Assembly: GCA_946555465.1 (NCBI GenBank)
Contig: CAMNST010000003.1
Coordinates: forward strand, 64,226 to 128,225
DNA from: an uncultured Clostridia bacterium
GTDB taxonomy: Bacteria; Bacillota; Clostridia; Oscillospirales; Acutalibacteraceae
Reading direction: 5' to 3'
DNA: 64,000 nucleotides
Both the position numbers and the translations under genes were made by a program. This document shows, in pieces, positions 36,746 through 46,220 of the stretch. Every line of letters begins with the position of its first letter. Position 1 is the first letter of the stretch. The notes beneath the pieces are model-generated. The model was not told the origin of the DNA, did no database searches, and saw only the letters and a program-made list of their open reading frames with translations.

Positions 36746-38026
36746 TTATTTATTTCTGTAAATGATTGCTTCACGTTCAGGACCGTTTGATACCATTGTG
36801 ATAGGATAACCGAGTTCGCTCTCAATAAATTCAACATAGTCCTTTGTTTCCTGCGGAAGTTCATCATAATTGCGGATTCCGCGGATATCACAGTGCCAGC
36901 CCTTCATTGTTTTGAGAACAGGTTTGCACTTTTTGAGTGTAGGAGTGGTAGGGAAGTCTTTGATGATTTTTCCGTCAACTTCATAACCGGTGCAGATTTT
37001 GATTTCTTCAAGGTAAGAGAGACAGTCAAGCGCAGTCATAACAACCTGAGTTGCGCCCTGACATGCAACGCCGTAACGGGTTGCTACGCAGTCAAACCAG
37101 CCGACTCTTCTCGGTCTGCCTGTTGTTGCACCGAACTCTCCTTTGTCGCCGCCGTGGATTCTGAGTTCCTGTGCTTCATCTTCATCAAGAATTTCCGAAA
37201 CAAATTCACCTGCACCGACTGCAGAAGAATATGCCTTTGTTACTACGATGATATCTTCAATTTTGTGAGGAGGGATACCTGCACCGACTGCACCGTAACC
37301 GGCAAGAGTTGATGATGAAGTTACCATCGGATAAATACCGAAATCAGGATCTTTAAGTGTTCCCAACTGACCTTCAAGAAGAATGTTTTTGCCTTCTTCA
37401 ACAGCCTTTGCAAGATAAGCCTGCGTGTTGCAGACATATGGTGCAATCTTATCTCTGTATTCTATGCAGGTGTTATAAAGTTCTTCTTCATCAAGAACTG
37501 GTTTGTTATAAACATATTTCAAGGTAAGGTTTTTGAGTGTGCAGATATTTTTAATTTTTGCTCTGAGTGTTTCTTCGTCAAAGAGTTCGTTTACCTGAAT
37601 GCCGATTTTTGCATATTTATCACTGAAGAAGGGTGCAATACCTGACTTTGTTGAACCAAAAGCGTTTTTGCCGAGTCTTTCTTCTTCATATTCATCAAGA
37701 AGAATGTGATACGGCATAAGAATCTGTGCTCTTTCGCTGACCAGAAGGTTAGGATTAAGGCCTGCCTTTTTTACATCTTCAAGTTCATTCAAAAACTTGT
37801 TGATATCAAGTGCAACGCCGTTACCGATTATACAGGTTGTATGGTCATAACAAACGCCTGACGGCATTAAATGAAACGCAAATCTGCCGTGTTCATTAAT
37901 AATTGTGTGGCCTGCGTTTGCACCGCCCTGAAAACGGATAACAATATCGCTCTGACCTGCAAATAAGTCGGTAATTTTACCTTTGCCCTCATCGCCCCAG
38001 TTTGCGCCTACTATTGCTCTTACCAT
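36746..38026 (-). CDS. purA: Adenylosuccinate synthase
   Basis: Starts at the internal ATG (MVRAIVGANWGDEGKGK P-loop) with a taggag RBS. GTTGRGIG-like ATTGRPRR motif. Confidence 0.95.
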   Translation of the reverse strand: MVRAIVGANWGDEGKGKITDLFAGQSDIVIRFQGGANAGHTIINEHGRFAFHLMPSGVCYDHTTCIIGNGVALDINKFLNELEDVKKAGLNPNLLVSERAQILMPYHILLDEYEEERLGKNAFGSTKSGIAPFFSDKYAKIGIQVNELFDEETLRAKIKNICTLKNLTLKYVYNKPVLDEEELYNTCIEYRDKIAPYVCNTQAYLAKAVEEGKNILLEGQLGTLKDPDFGIYPMVTSSSTLAGYGAVGAGIPPHKIEDIIVVTKAYSSAVGAGEFVSEILDEDEAQELRIHGGDKGEFGATTGRPRRVGWFDCVATRYGVACQGATQVVMTALDCLSYLEEIKICTGYEVDGKIIKDFPTTPTLKKCKPVLKTMKGWHCDIRGIRNYDELPQETKDYVEFIESELGYPITMVSNGPEREAIIYRNK

Positions 38027-38219
38027 TTTTAATCTCCTATAAGCATTATTATTTATATTTGAAAAACTTAAAAGCCTTTCGCAACAATTTATTATATTAT
38101 AATGCTTAAATAAAGTCAACAAGTCAGGTTTTATTTATCAAAATTTTACATTATATTTGGTTGTAAAGCCGTTATAATTATGATATTATAAAGGCATAAA
38201 TTCATAAGAGGTATAAGAT

Positions 38220-39599
38220 ATGAAAATATATAATGTTCTGCAGTATGGTGCAAAAGGTGACGGAAAAACAAATGACGCTTTTGCAATTCAGCATGCTATT
38301 GATGATTGTGCAAAAAACGGCGGCGGTCAGGTTGTGCTTCAGAGCGGAAGAGTTTTTTATTCCGATTCAATAAGACTCAGAGCGAATGTTGACTTGCATA
38401 TTCAAAAAGGTGCAGTAATAAAGGCAACCGGAAATATTGACGGATATATCAGACCGAATAAACTTATCAATGACCCTAAAACCGCATTAATCGGCAACCC
38501 GGTAACTGGAAAACCCAGTTTTGTATTTATTTACGGCTATGAGGCAGATAACTGCACAATAAGCGGTGAAGGCACGATTGATGCAAACGGTCATGCTTTT
38601 GTTCAGCGCAAAGACAGATATTATGTTACCGGTGATTTCTATCCGCGCCCGACTGTTATGTATATTGAAAAGAGCAATCATATAACCTTTAAAGAATTTA
38701 CTGTTGTTGATGCTCCGTTCTGGACGCTTCATCCGGCAGGCTGTGATGATGTGCTGATTGACAGAATAAGAATTCTCAATGATCTTGATGTGGCTAACAG
38801 TGACGGAATTGATCCTGACCACTGTTCAAATGTAAGAATTTTAGGCTGTCATGTAACCTGTGCTGATGATTGTATCTGTCTTAAAGCCTCAAAAGGCAAC
38901 AGTGAATACGGTCCATGTGAAAACATTGTTATTGACGGCTGTACTCTTGTTTCAACTTCAGCAGCAATAAAAATAGGCACTGAGGGTGTCGGCGATTTCA
39001 GAAATGTTATTGTTTCAAACTGTGTTATCAGCCAATCAAACCGAGGCCTTTCCATTCAGATACGTGATGGCGGCTGCGTTGAAAATGTGACTTATCAGAA
39101 TATTATGATTGAAACAAGGCGTTTCTGCCCTGATTGGTGGGGAACTGCAGAACCGATTGTTATCACCACTTTTAACCGTGACGAAAATACGAAGAGCGGA
39201 ACAATTAAAAATATTCGTTTCTTTAATGTTACAACTAAAGGTGAAAACGGTGTTTTGATTCACGGTAATGCCGAAAACATCATTGAAGATGTTACTTTTG
39301 AAAACTGCCGTGTTGAACTCACAAAAACCAGCAAATGGAACTGTGGTCTTTATGATTTGCGCCCGTGTCTTGACTGGGGTGTTGAAAGTTATGATAATTC
39401 TGCATTTTTTATCAGATATGCAAAAGATGTTACAATTATGAAAACAAAAACAAAATGGGGAAATCTCTGCGACAGTTATAAGCATGCCATTGATGCCGAA
39501 AATGTTGAAAATCTTGAACTTGTTCGTTTTGACGGGCATGCGGCTGATAAAAATACAGAAGATTTCAGGTTTAACAATGTTAAACTCGTAAGCGAATAA
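38220..39599 (+). CDS. Glycoside hydrolase family 28 (polygalacturonase-like, pectate-lyase fold)
   Basis: N-terminus YGAKGDGKTNDAFAIQHAID. Catalytic-type motifs NSDGIDP, ADDCICLK and AIKIGTE. Confidence 0.85.
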   Translation: MKIYNVLQYGAKGDGKTNDAFAIQHAIDDCAKNGGGQVVLQSGRVFYSDSIRLRANVDLHIQKGAVIKATGNIDGYIRPNKLINDPKTALIGNPVTGKPSFVFIYGYEADNCTISGEGTIDANGHAFVQRKDRYYVTGDFYPRPTVMYIEKSNHITFKEFTVVDAPFWTLHPAGCDDVLIDRIRILNDLDVANSDGIDPDHCSNVRILGCHVTCADDCICLKASKGNSEYGPCENIVIDGCTLVSTSAAIKIGTEGVGDFRNVIVSNCVISQSNRGLSIQIRDGGCVENVTYQNIMIETRRFCPDWWGTAEPIVITTFNRDENTKSGTIKNIRFFNVTTKGENGVLIHGNAENIIEDVTFENCRVELTKTSKWNCGLYDLRPCLDWGVESYDNSAFFIRYAKDVTIMKTKTKWGNLCDSYKHAIDAENVENLELVRFDGHAADKNTEDFRFNNVKLVSE

Positions 39600-39608
39600 G
39601 GAGAAAAA

Positions 39609-40010
39609 ATGGTAGAACTTAAAGGATATAAAGTGAACAGGCTTGAAATAGAAAACAAAGTTAAGCCCGGAACACAGTTAAAACTTCAAAATCAACTTAA
39701 ATATAATGTAAATTATCTCAATGATAATAAAACGTGTATCGGCATTATGGAACTCAGGATAACGGATGCGGATATGAATCCGTTTGAACTCAAAATCGAA
39801 ATGGTTGCTGAGTTCAATTACGGTCCGGAAGACGAGAAAGCAGATATTCACACTACATCATTTGATCAACTGTTTCCTTTTGCACGCCAGATAATTAATA
39901 CTGCAACCGGCTTTACCGGTATGCCGGGTCTTTTTATACCGATAATGAAACTGAACAGGGATACGGTTAAGGTTAATGAGACAAAAGAGGAAACTTCACC
40001 GCTTAATTAA
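39609..40010 (+). CDS. SecB-like small protein (tentative)
   Basis: 133 aa. LFPFARQIINTATGFTGMPGLFIPIMKLN resembles the SecB-family C-terminal pattern. Good RBS. Confidence 0.5.
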   Translation: MVELKGYKVNRLEIENKVKPGTQLKLQNQLKYNVNYLNDNKTCIGIMELRITDADMNPFELKIEMVAEFNYGPEDEKADIHTTSFDQLFPFARQIINTATGFTGMPGLFIPIMKLNRDTVKVNETKEETSPLN

Positions 40011-40029
40011 TGCAGAAATTTTTATGTGA

Positions 40030-40058
40030 TTGACAAGGCGAAAATTATTTGATAGAAT
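40030..40058 (+). promoter_or_regulatory. Sigma-A type promoter of the leader/GNAT operon
   Basis: TTGACA (40030-40035), a 17-nt spacer, then TAGAAT (40053-40058). Confidence 0.7.
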
Positions 40059-40086
40059 GAGCATATCAACCGAAAGGAAAAAGATT

Positions 40087-40176
40087 ATGTTTAAAATGCA
40101 AAATGAACTTTATACAAGAGCGAACTCTGCACTCTATATGCGCAGAGCCTTTTTGCCGTGTTCATTTTCGTCTTGA
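40087..40176 (+). promoter_or_regulatory. 29-codon leader ORF (MFKMQNELYTRANSALYMRRAFLPCSFSS)
   Basis: RBS aaagga lies upstream of ATG 40087. The ORF ends 20 nt before the terminator hairpin. Its 3' part (gtgttcat, 40158-40165) can pair with atgaacac (40205-40212) in the terminator 5' arm. Confidence 0.5.
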
Positions 40177-40196
40177 TATGTAATTTTTTAGTTAAA

Positions 40197-40238
40197 AGCC
40201 GTTGATGAACACCAGTTTTCATCAATGGCTTATTTTTT
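40197..40238 (+). terminator. Leader (attenuator) rho-independent terminator upstream of the GNAT gene
   Basis: A 13-bp stem, agccgttgatgaa (40197-40209) paired with ttcatcaatggct (40218-40230), followed by tatttttt. Confidence 0.75.
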
Positions 40239-40264
40239 ATACTTTTTTAAGGAGGAGAAAAAAT

Positions 40265-41257
40265 ATGTTGAATCACAAGGGAACGCAGGAAATAAGAACA
40301 CAGAGACTTGTTCTCAGAAAAATCCGTGAAAGCGATTATAAAGATATATTCAGATACACATCAAAAGATGAGGTTGCAAAGTATGTTACGTGGAATACCC
40401 ATCAAAAAATAGAGAATACGAAAGTGTTATGTAAAATGTGGGCGGACCAGTATAAAAGCGGCGATAAATATCATTGGGCAATTCTGTTGGACGGCACAGT
40501 TATAGGAAATATTGAAATACCAAAAATTATTGACGGCACTGCATTTTTAGGCTGGCAGATTGACAGTTGTTACTGGAACAAAGGTATAATGACGGAGGCT
40601 GCATCAGCTGTAAGGGATTATATGTTTACTGAAATAGGTGTTGAAACACTCGGTGCATCTTATATAAAAGAAAATATCGGCTCCGGCAGAGTTATGCAGA
40701 AAATCGGAATGACAGAGGTTAATCCTGAAAAATACTTTGAAAAACTCAAAAATACTGAAAAGGAAATGACAGAGTTTGACGGCATGCCTTTGGGATTCTG
40801 TCTTTTATCAAGAAAAGAATGGATTTGTAACAAACTTACCGTTCGGATAATGAAGCCAAATGATTATGATGAGGTTTATGCTCTTTGGAAAAACTGCAAA
40901 GGTGTTGGGCTATATGATATAGATGATTCAAAAAACGGAATAGAAAGATTTTTGAACCGTAATCCCGATACCTGTTTTATTGCTGAGATTTGCGGCAGAA
41001 TAATCGGAAGCGTTCTTTCAGGCGATGACGGAAGACGCGGTTATATTTACCATATGGCAGTTGATGAAAATTTCAGGGGAAACGGTATTGCTACAGAACT
41101 TCTTGAATGTGCTTTAACAGCGTTGAAGCGTAACGGCGTTTCAAAAACGGCACTTGTAGTTTTTAAAGATAATGAAGCCGGCAATGCATTCTGGGATAAA
41201 GCAGGATTTCAAAAAAGAGAAGAACTGCGTTACAGAAACAAATTGCTTGTTGAATAA
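40265..41257 (+). CDS. Double GNAT N-acetyltransferase (N-terminal RimJ/RimL-like domain plus a second GNAT domain)
   Basis: Starts at the ATG after aaggagg. The N-terminal domain has RTQRLVLRKIRESDYKD...WNKGIMTEA...ENIGSGRVMQKIGM. The C-terminal domain has GYIYHMAVDENFRGNGIATELL. Confidence 0.8.
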   Translation: MLNHKGTQEIRTQRLVLRKIRESDYKDIFRYTSKDEVAKYVTWNTHQKIENTKVLCKMWADQYKSGDKYHWAILLDGTVIGNIEIPKIIDGTAFLGWQIDSCYWNKGIMTEAASAVRDYMFTEIGVETLGASYIKENIGSGRVMQKIGMTEVNPEKYFEKLKNTEKEMTEFDGMPLGFCLLSRKEWICNKLTVRIMKPNDYDEVYALWKNCKGVGLYDIDDSKNGIERFLNRNPDTCFIAEICGRIIGSVLSGDDGRRGYIYHMAVDENFRGNGIATELLECALTALKRNGVSKTALVVFKDNEAGNAFWDKAGFQKREELRYRNKLLVE

Positions 41258-41334
41258 ACAGGCAATGAGAGGTTTGGTCAGGCATAAAGGAGACCAACTA
41301 TAAAGGTTGCTTGCAAGAAGAAAGGATTATAGTT

Positions 41335-42408
41335 ATGCAGTATGCAAGAAAGTTAAGAAAAGGTGACAGGGTCGCAATCGTCAGTTTATCAAGTGGAATG
41401 TTAGGCGAGGAATTTTGCAGTCATAATATAGAAATCGGTGTAAAGCGATTAAAAGAATATGGTCTGGAACCTGTATTTATGCCAAATGCATTAAAAGGGA
41501 TTAAATATTTAAAGGAGCACCCGGAAGAAAGAGCAAAAGATTTAAAAGATGCTTTTTTGGATGATTCCATTGCAGGCGTTATTTGTGCAATAGGCGGTGA
41601 TGATACATACAGACTTTTGCCATATTTGCTGGATGATGAAGAGTTTATCCGTGCGGTAGAGAAGCATCCTAAATTATTTACCGGATTTTCAGATACTACG
41701 ATTAATCATTTAATGTTTTACAAATTGGGATTGTCTACTTATTACGGTCCAAACTTTATTTGTGATTTGGGAGAAATTGCAAGCGAAATGCTGCCATATT
41801 CTAAAAAGGCGTTTGAAGGATATTTGGAAGGAAATGAATCCGGTGAAATTGTATCCAGTGAAATTTGGTATGAAGAAAGAGAAGATTTTTCAAGGGCAGC
41901 AGTTGCAACGGACAGAATAGCCCATATGGAGGAACGCGGATTTGAACTTTTGCAGGGCAGTGAGGTTTTTCAAGGTGAGTTGTTGGGCGGCTGTCTGGAG
42001 AGTTTTTATGACATATTGACAACAACAAGATATAAGGATGAAAAAACGATCTGTGAAAAATACGGATTATTTCCAAGTAAAGAAGAATGGGCAGGTAAAA
42101 TTCTATTTATAGAAACATGTGAAGAAAAGCCGGCTCCGAAACTGTTTAAAAAGGAAATTGCGTTGCTCAAAGATAAAGGCATATTTGATGTGATAAATGG
42201 AGTATTGGTTGGAAAACCACAGGACGAAACTTATTATCAGGAATATAAAGAAATCCTTGTAAAAGTAATAAAAAATACGCAACTCCCGATTGTTTATAAT
42301 GTGAATTTCGGCCATGCAACACCAAGATGTGCATTGCAATATGGTGTTATGGCAAAAGTAGATATGAAACAGAAGAAAATATATTTGGATAAACAGGAAC
42401 GGTTATAA
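41335..42408 (+). CDS. S66 family LD-carboxypeptidase / MccF-like serine peptidase
   Basis: GDRVAIVSLSSG, the catalytic-Ser context FTGFSDTT, and the C-terminal His context NVNFGHATP. Confidence 0.85.
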   Translation: MQYARKLRKGDRVAIVSLSSGMLGEEFCSHNIEIGVKRLKEYGLEPVFMPNALKGIKYLKEHPEERAKDLKDAFLDDSIAGVICAIGGDDTYRLLPYLLDDEEFIRAVEKHPKLFTGFSDTTINHLMFYKLGLSTYYGPNFICDLGEIASEMLPYSKKAFEGYLEGNESGEIVSSEIWYEEREDFSRAAVATDRIAHMEERGFELLQGSEVFQGELLGGCLESFYDILTTTRYKDEKTICEKYGLFPSKEEWAGKILFIETCEEKPAPKLFKKEIALLKDKGIFDVINGVLVGKPQDETYYQEYKEILVKVIKNTQLPIVYNVNFGHATPRCALQYGVMAKVDMKQKKIYLDKQERL

Positions 42409-42504
42409 AAAGTCAGGGATGAATAAAACCTGACTGCCGGGATATAAATTTAAATAATTTGAAAGGGTATGATGTTGTTTCTTGCTATGTCATACAAGAG
42501 AAAT

Positions 42505-43056
42505 ATGAAACTATTATTTGTTATAGGTGATGCGGCTGTCGGTAAAATGACAGTTGGACAGGAATTGATGAAAATAACGGATTTAAGGTTGTTTCATAAT
42601 CATATGACGATTGAACCTGTTCTTGAAATATTCGGTTATTTCAATGAAAATGCTATAAGAAAAACCAGAGAAATCATATTTGAGGAATTTGCAAAATCAA
42701 ATAATTACGGAATGATTTTTACATGCATGATGGCGTTTGACAGTCAGAGTGATTGGGACTATATTGAACATGTTAAAAACATTTTTAAACCGTATGATAC
42801 AGAGTTTTATTATGTTGAACTTGTGGCGGCACAGCATATAAGGCTTCAGCGCAATGCAACAGAAAACAGGCTGAAAAATAAACCGTCAAAAAGAAATATA
42901 GAACTGTCTAATCTGCGTTTGATAAATGATGATAAAAATTTTCGGTGTGAAAGTTATGATGGAGAAATACCGTTTGAAAATTATATTAAAATAGATAATT
43001 CCGCGTTATCTCCTCAAACAGTTGCAAAAATGATTAAGAAACATTTTAAATTATAA
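42505..43056 (+). CDS. P-loop NTPase / small-molecule kinase-like protein
   Basis: N-terminus MKLLFVIGDAAVGKMT (Walker A). About 183 aa. No specific family recognised. Confidence 0.6.
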   Translation: MKLLFVIGDAAVGKMTVGQELMKITDLRLFHNHMTIEPVLEIFGYFNENAIRKTREIIFEEFAKSNNYGMIFTCMMAFDSQSDWDYIEHVKNIFKPYDTEFYYVELVAAQHIRLQRNATENRLKNKPSKRNIELSNLRLINDDKNFRCESYDGEIPFENYIKIDNSALSPQTVAKMIKKHFKL

Positions 43057-43076
43057 CGGCAGAAAGATTTAAAATT

Positions 43077-43529
43077 ATGAGTAATAATACAATAAAAAGA
43101 ATCAGTATCAATGAATTTTATAAATGTTCCAATATATGGGATTTGAAAAAATGTCCTTTTACGGATAAATTTATTGAGCAGATAAAAAGCGGAAACCGCA
43201 TGACCTTTGCCTATGAAAAAGAAAATGCATTTATCGGTGAGGGCAGTCTTGTTATGCATTGTGACGAGGAAGGCTATACGATTACGGGTAAAAGGGTATA
43301 TCTCTCAAGGCTGATTGTTAAGAAAGAATGCCGAAACAAAGGTATCGGCGGTGCAATACTTGATTATTTAATTAACAAGGCAAATGAAATGGGATTTTCA
43401 GAAATTTCGCTTGGTGTTGATACAGATAATGAAGATGCACTGCATCTTTATAGAAAATATGGATTTGAAATTTTTGAAACGGCTGAAGATGAATATGGCA
43501 CATATTACAGAATGCTCAGGAAGTTATAA
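43077..43529 (+). CDS. GNAT family N-acetyltransferase
   Basis: 150 aa. The acetyl-CoA motif is RLIVKKECRNKGIGGAILDYL. Confidence 0.8.
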   Translation: MSNNTIKRISINEFYKCSNIWDLKKCPFTDKFIEQIKSGNRMTFAYEKENAFIGEGSLVMHCDEEGYTITGKRVYLSRLIVKKECRNKGIGGAILDYLINKANEMGFSEISLGVDTDNEDALHLYRKYGFEIFETAEDEYGTYYRMLRKL

Positions 43530-43576
43530 AAAAACTCCGTTGGTTATTCCAACGGAGTTTTTTAGTATTATATGAG

Positions 43577-44602
43577 TTAGAATTCAAAATGTTCAAGATC
43601 AATTCCTGAGATTTTGCCGTCGCTTACAGTGATTTCAAAAGAGTTATAGGCACTGTTTACATCATCATAAGTGTAAATGTGGAAATCGCTGTCTTCACTG
43701 TCGTAAACATCTGAAGGTTCGCCGAATAATGCAGTGATAGAATCTTTGTCAGCAGCGTCGTTTGGTCTGATTCCTTTTGCAAAAACAACATCGCAGTCGT
43801 AGAAGTTATCTGCATTTATACCTGCAACCATACATTTGTCAATGGTGGTTTCTGCATCGGAACTGTTGATAAATCTTACGTAAATTGTTTGGTCACCGTT
43901 TATAACGGCAACGCTTGTTGTGTAATAATTTGAACCAAGGGTTTCTGCAGCGTTTTCTGAATCTTTAAAGTCAAATCCGGTTTCACTTTTGAATGTTTCC
44001 CATTCGCACGGAAGAGTGATTGTTTTTCCGTTTAAGCAAACTGTATAATCGCTCCATTCAGTGTTTGCCATTGCCTTAACTGCTTCATTGTTTACCTGCG
44101 GTGTTTTTTCAGAAGTTGGTTCGTTTGTATCATCTGAAATAAAGTCATCAAAGTTATAATCGTAATCTTCAAAGATTGAAGGGTCATCCAAACCTTCTTC
44201 AAAGATGTCTTTTGCAATAAATCCTGATGCTGCAAACATAACAATGCATAAGATAACGTTAATTATAACACTTACCAAGGCACAGATACCGCTCACTTTA
44301 GCGGTTTTTGGCTGCTTATCTTTTTTTGTAAGGAATATGATAAGACCTGCAAGAGGAATAAGATAAGAGAGAATTGCAAGACCAACGCTTGCCTTTTCTT
44401 CTTTTGGCGGCATCGTGTTAAACTGGTTATAACCCTGTGGGGGCATATTGTTAAACTGATTGTATTCACCTTGCTGCGGCTGAACAGGGGGAGCATAATA
44501 CTGCTGCTGAGATGCATTGTACTGCTCGGTGTTATTCTGTTCGGAATTCTCCTGTGGTGGATTATAAAACTGATTTTCCTGGTTGTTATTTTCGTCTGCC
44601 AT
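43577..44602 (-). CDS. Membrane-anchored protein with a Q/N/P-rich N-terminus and an extracellular C-terminal domain
   Basis: Starts at the internal ATG (MADENNNQ) after gaggagg. Low-complexity QQYYAPPVQPQQ region and two TM segments. Confidence 0.6.
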   Translation of the reverse strand: MADENNNQENQFYNPPQENSEQNNTEQYNASQQQYYAPPVQPQQGEYNQFNNMPPQGYNQFNTMPPKEEKASVGLAILSYLIPLAGLIIFLTKKDKQPKTAKVSGICALVSVIINVILCIVMFAASGFIAKDIFEEGLDDPSIFEDYDYNFDDFISDDTNEPTSEKTPQVNNEAVKAMANTEWSDYTVCLNGKTITLPCEWETFKSETGFDFKDSENAAETLGSNYYTTSVAVINGDQTIYVRFINSSDAETTIDKCMVAGINADNFYDCDVVFAKGIRPNDAADKDSITALFGEPSDVYDSEDSDFHIYTYDDVNSAYNSFEITVSDGKISGIDLEHFEF

Positions 44603-44757
44603 AATGCAAACCTCCTCATTCAATATTAAATAAATTTTATCATATCTGTTATTGTCAGTCAATATTGCAGGTATACTTTTTAACAGAAAATGTTGGTTTG
44701 CAAAAATTGACAATCTTTTTAATGTATAATATAATAAAAATATACGGAGGTGTTTTT

Positions 44758-45510
44758 TTGAAAGATAAATTAACTGGCGGAAAACTTTATTGTTTAATAA
44801 GCATTTTAATTATTTTTGTTACATATATTGTTCAGAAAGTGCTTAATATATATTTAGAGCATACAAACAGCGTTGTTATTACAGAAGCAATTCTTTTTTC
44901 ATTGCTGACGCTTTTTGTTTATTTGCTTCTTTTAAAATCTAAAGAGCCTTTTTATGGAATATTAACGGCAATTTTCGGTATTCGCATGATGCCTCCGGAT
45001 ATACCGTATTTAAATATGCTCAGTCCTGAGGCGGGTATAGTTTATTATCTTGTTCAAAAGTTTGCCTTTGTGATTTTTGCTTTTGCAATCGTAAGGCTTT
45101 ATGAAGAACAGAAAAAGCCCCGAATGATTAAACCAATACCTATTTTATGCACAATTCTTATTGTTCCGTTCTTTAATGAAATTAGCGAAAGGATAGTTTC
45201 GTTTATTGTTCCTTTAAGTAACGGCAATATGCTTTATTCCTATTTTGCTCAGTTTGCGATTTATACGATTGCTATGATTGCCCTTCTTTTTGTTGCAACA
45301 AGGTGCAGTAAACTGAGTTCAAAACTGATTGCCGATTTTGAGATTATTGCACTCTTACTCAATGCAGGCAGAAAATTGTGTGCCGTAATGATTATGCTTT
45401 CCAACGGCGATCATGTAAGCCGCAGTTATTATTGCTGGATTTTAATTTATCTTTTCTTCGTTGCCGCATTTTATGCACTGCGAAAAAGAAGAAAAACTTC
45501 GGCAGTATAA
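44758..45510 (+). CDS. Polytopic membrane protein, unknown family
   Basis: TTG start 7 nt after GGAGGTG gives MKDKLTGGKLYCLISILIIF. About 6-7 hydrophobic segments. Confidence 0.55.
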   Translation: MKDKLTGGKLYCLISILIIFVTYIVQKVLNIYLEHTNSVVITEAILFSLLTLFVYLLLLKSKEPFYGILTAIFGIRMMPPDIPYLNMLSPEAGIVYYLVQKFAFVIFAFAIVRLYEEQKKPRMIKPIPILCTILIVPFFNEISERIVSFIVPLSNGNMLYSYFAQFAIYTIAMIALLFVATRCSKLSSKLIADFEIIALLLNAGRKLCAVMIMLSNGDHVSRSYYCWILIYLFFVAAFYALRKRRKTSAV

Positions 45511-45516
45511 TATAGT

Positions 45517-45568
45517 AAAAAAATTACAAGACTGTTTCACAAATTCGGGTGAAACAGTCTTGTTTTTT
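45517..45568. terminator. Bidirectional rho-independent terminator
   Basis: A 14-bp stem, caagactgtttcac (45527-45540) paired with gtgaaacagtcttg (45549-45562), flanked by A7 and T6. Confidence 0.85.
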
Positions 45569-46220
45569 ATTCAAATGAAGTAATCTGTTTTTCAAAAAAT
45601 CTGCCGAGTGAAATGAATAATATTGAAATGATAAGAAATGGCAGACAAAGTGTAAAAATGTCTTTATAGGTTATTAAAGTTGTCGACATAAACAGAGGAA
45701 ATTTAATGATATCCGATTTAAAAATAACATTAATCAAAGTAAACAGAATGATTGAAAAAATAGTAATGGAGGTGGATTTGCACAACATCGACAGAAAGTA
45801 GGTTAATGAAAAATAAAAAATACAGACAATAATTATTCTTACAGATTCAATCAGAAAGTATTTTTCCGGAATAGAGCAAAAAACACATATCAGCAATACG
45901 TTTAATAAGGATAATGCAAAAAGTTTTGCTGTTTCATATAACAGATTCATTCTTTTTGTGCAATAAAATATTTCCCGTCCTTCAGCCTCTAAAAATTCAC
46001 GAAGAATAAAAACCGAAAGCCATACAGAAAACAGTGGACAGATATATTGTGTTATCATTAATGCATTTGTTAAATAATCTGTTGAGTTAAAAAAACTGAT
46101 AAGAATCAGAACAGGGGTAAGAATATTAAATACAACGAAGGGAACAAATCGTAGAACACCTATATTTTTTAAAAAATATTTAGTAGTATTTAAGGATTTT
46201 ATATTTTTTTCAGCAGACAT
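45567..46220 (-). CDS. ABC-2-type permease-like membrane protein
   Basis: 217 aa with 6 hydrophobic segments. It overlaps the end of the ABC ATPase gene. Confidence 0.5.
   Translation of the reverse strand: MSAEKNIKSLNTTKYFLKNIGVLRFVPFVVFNILTPVLILISFFNSTDYLTNALMITQYICPLFSVWLSVFILREFLEAEGREIFYCTKRMNLLYETAKLFALSLLNVLLICVFCSIPEKYFLIESVRIIIVCIFYFSLTYFLSMLCKSTSITIFSIILFTLINVIFKSDIIKFPLFMSTTLITYKDIFTLCLPFLIISILFISLGRFFEKQITSFE

Noticed and set aside
40202-40264. N-terminal extension of the GNAT ORF (MMNTSFHQWLIFYTFLRRRKN) given by the ORF track.
   Set aside because: The extension starts inside the attenuator terminator hairpin and has no RBS. A perfect aaggagg RBS precedes the ATG at 40265. Similar unsupported N-terminal extensions were trimmed for the ORFs at 1029, 13639, 30315, 32544, 33954, 36746, 43577, 58518 and 61966.
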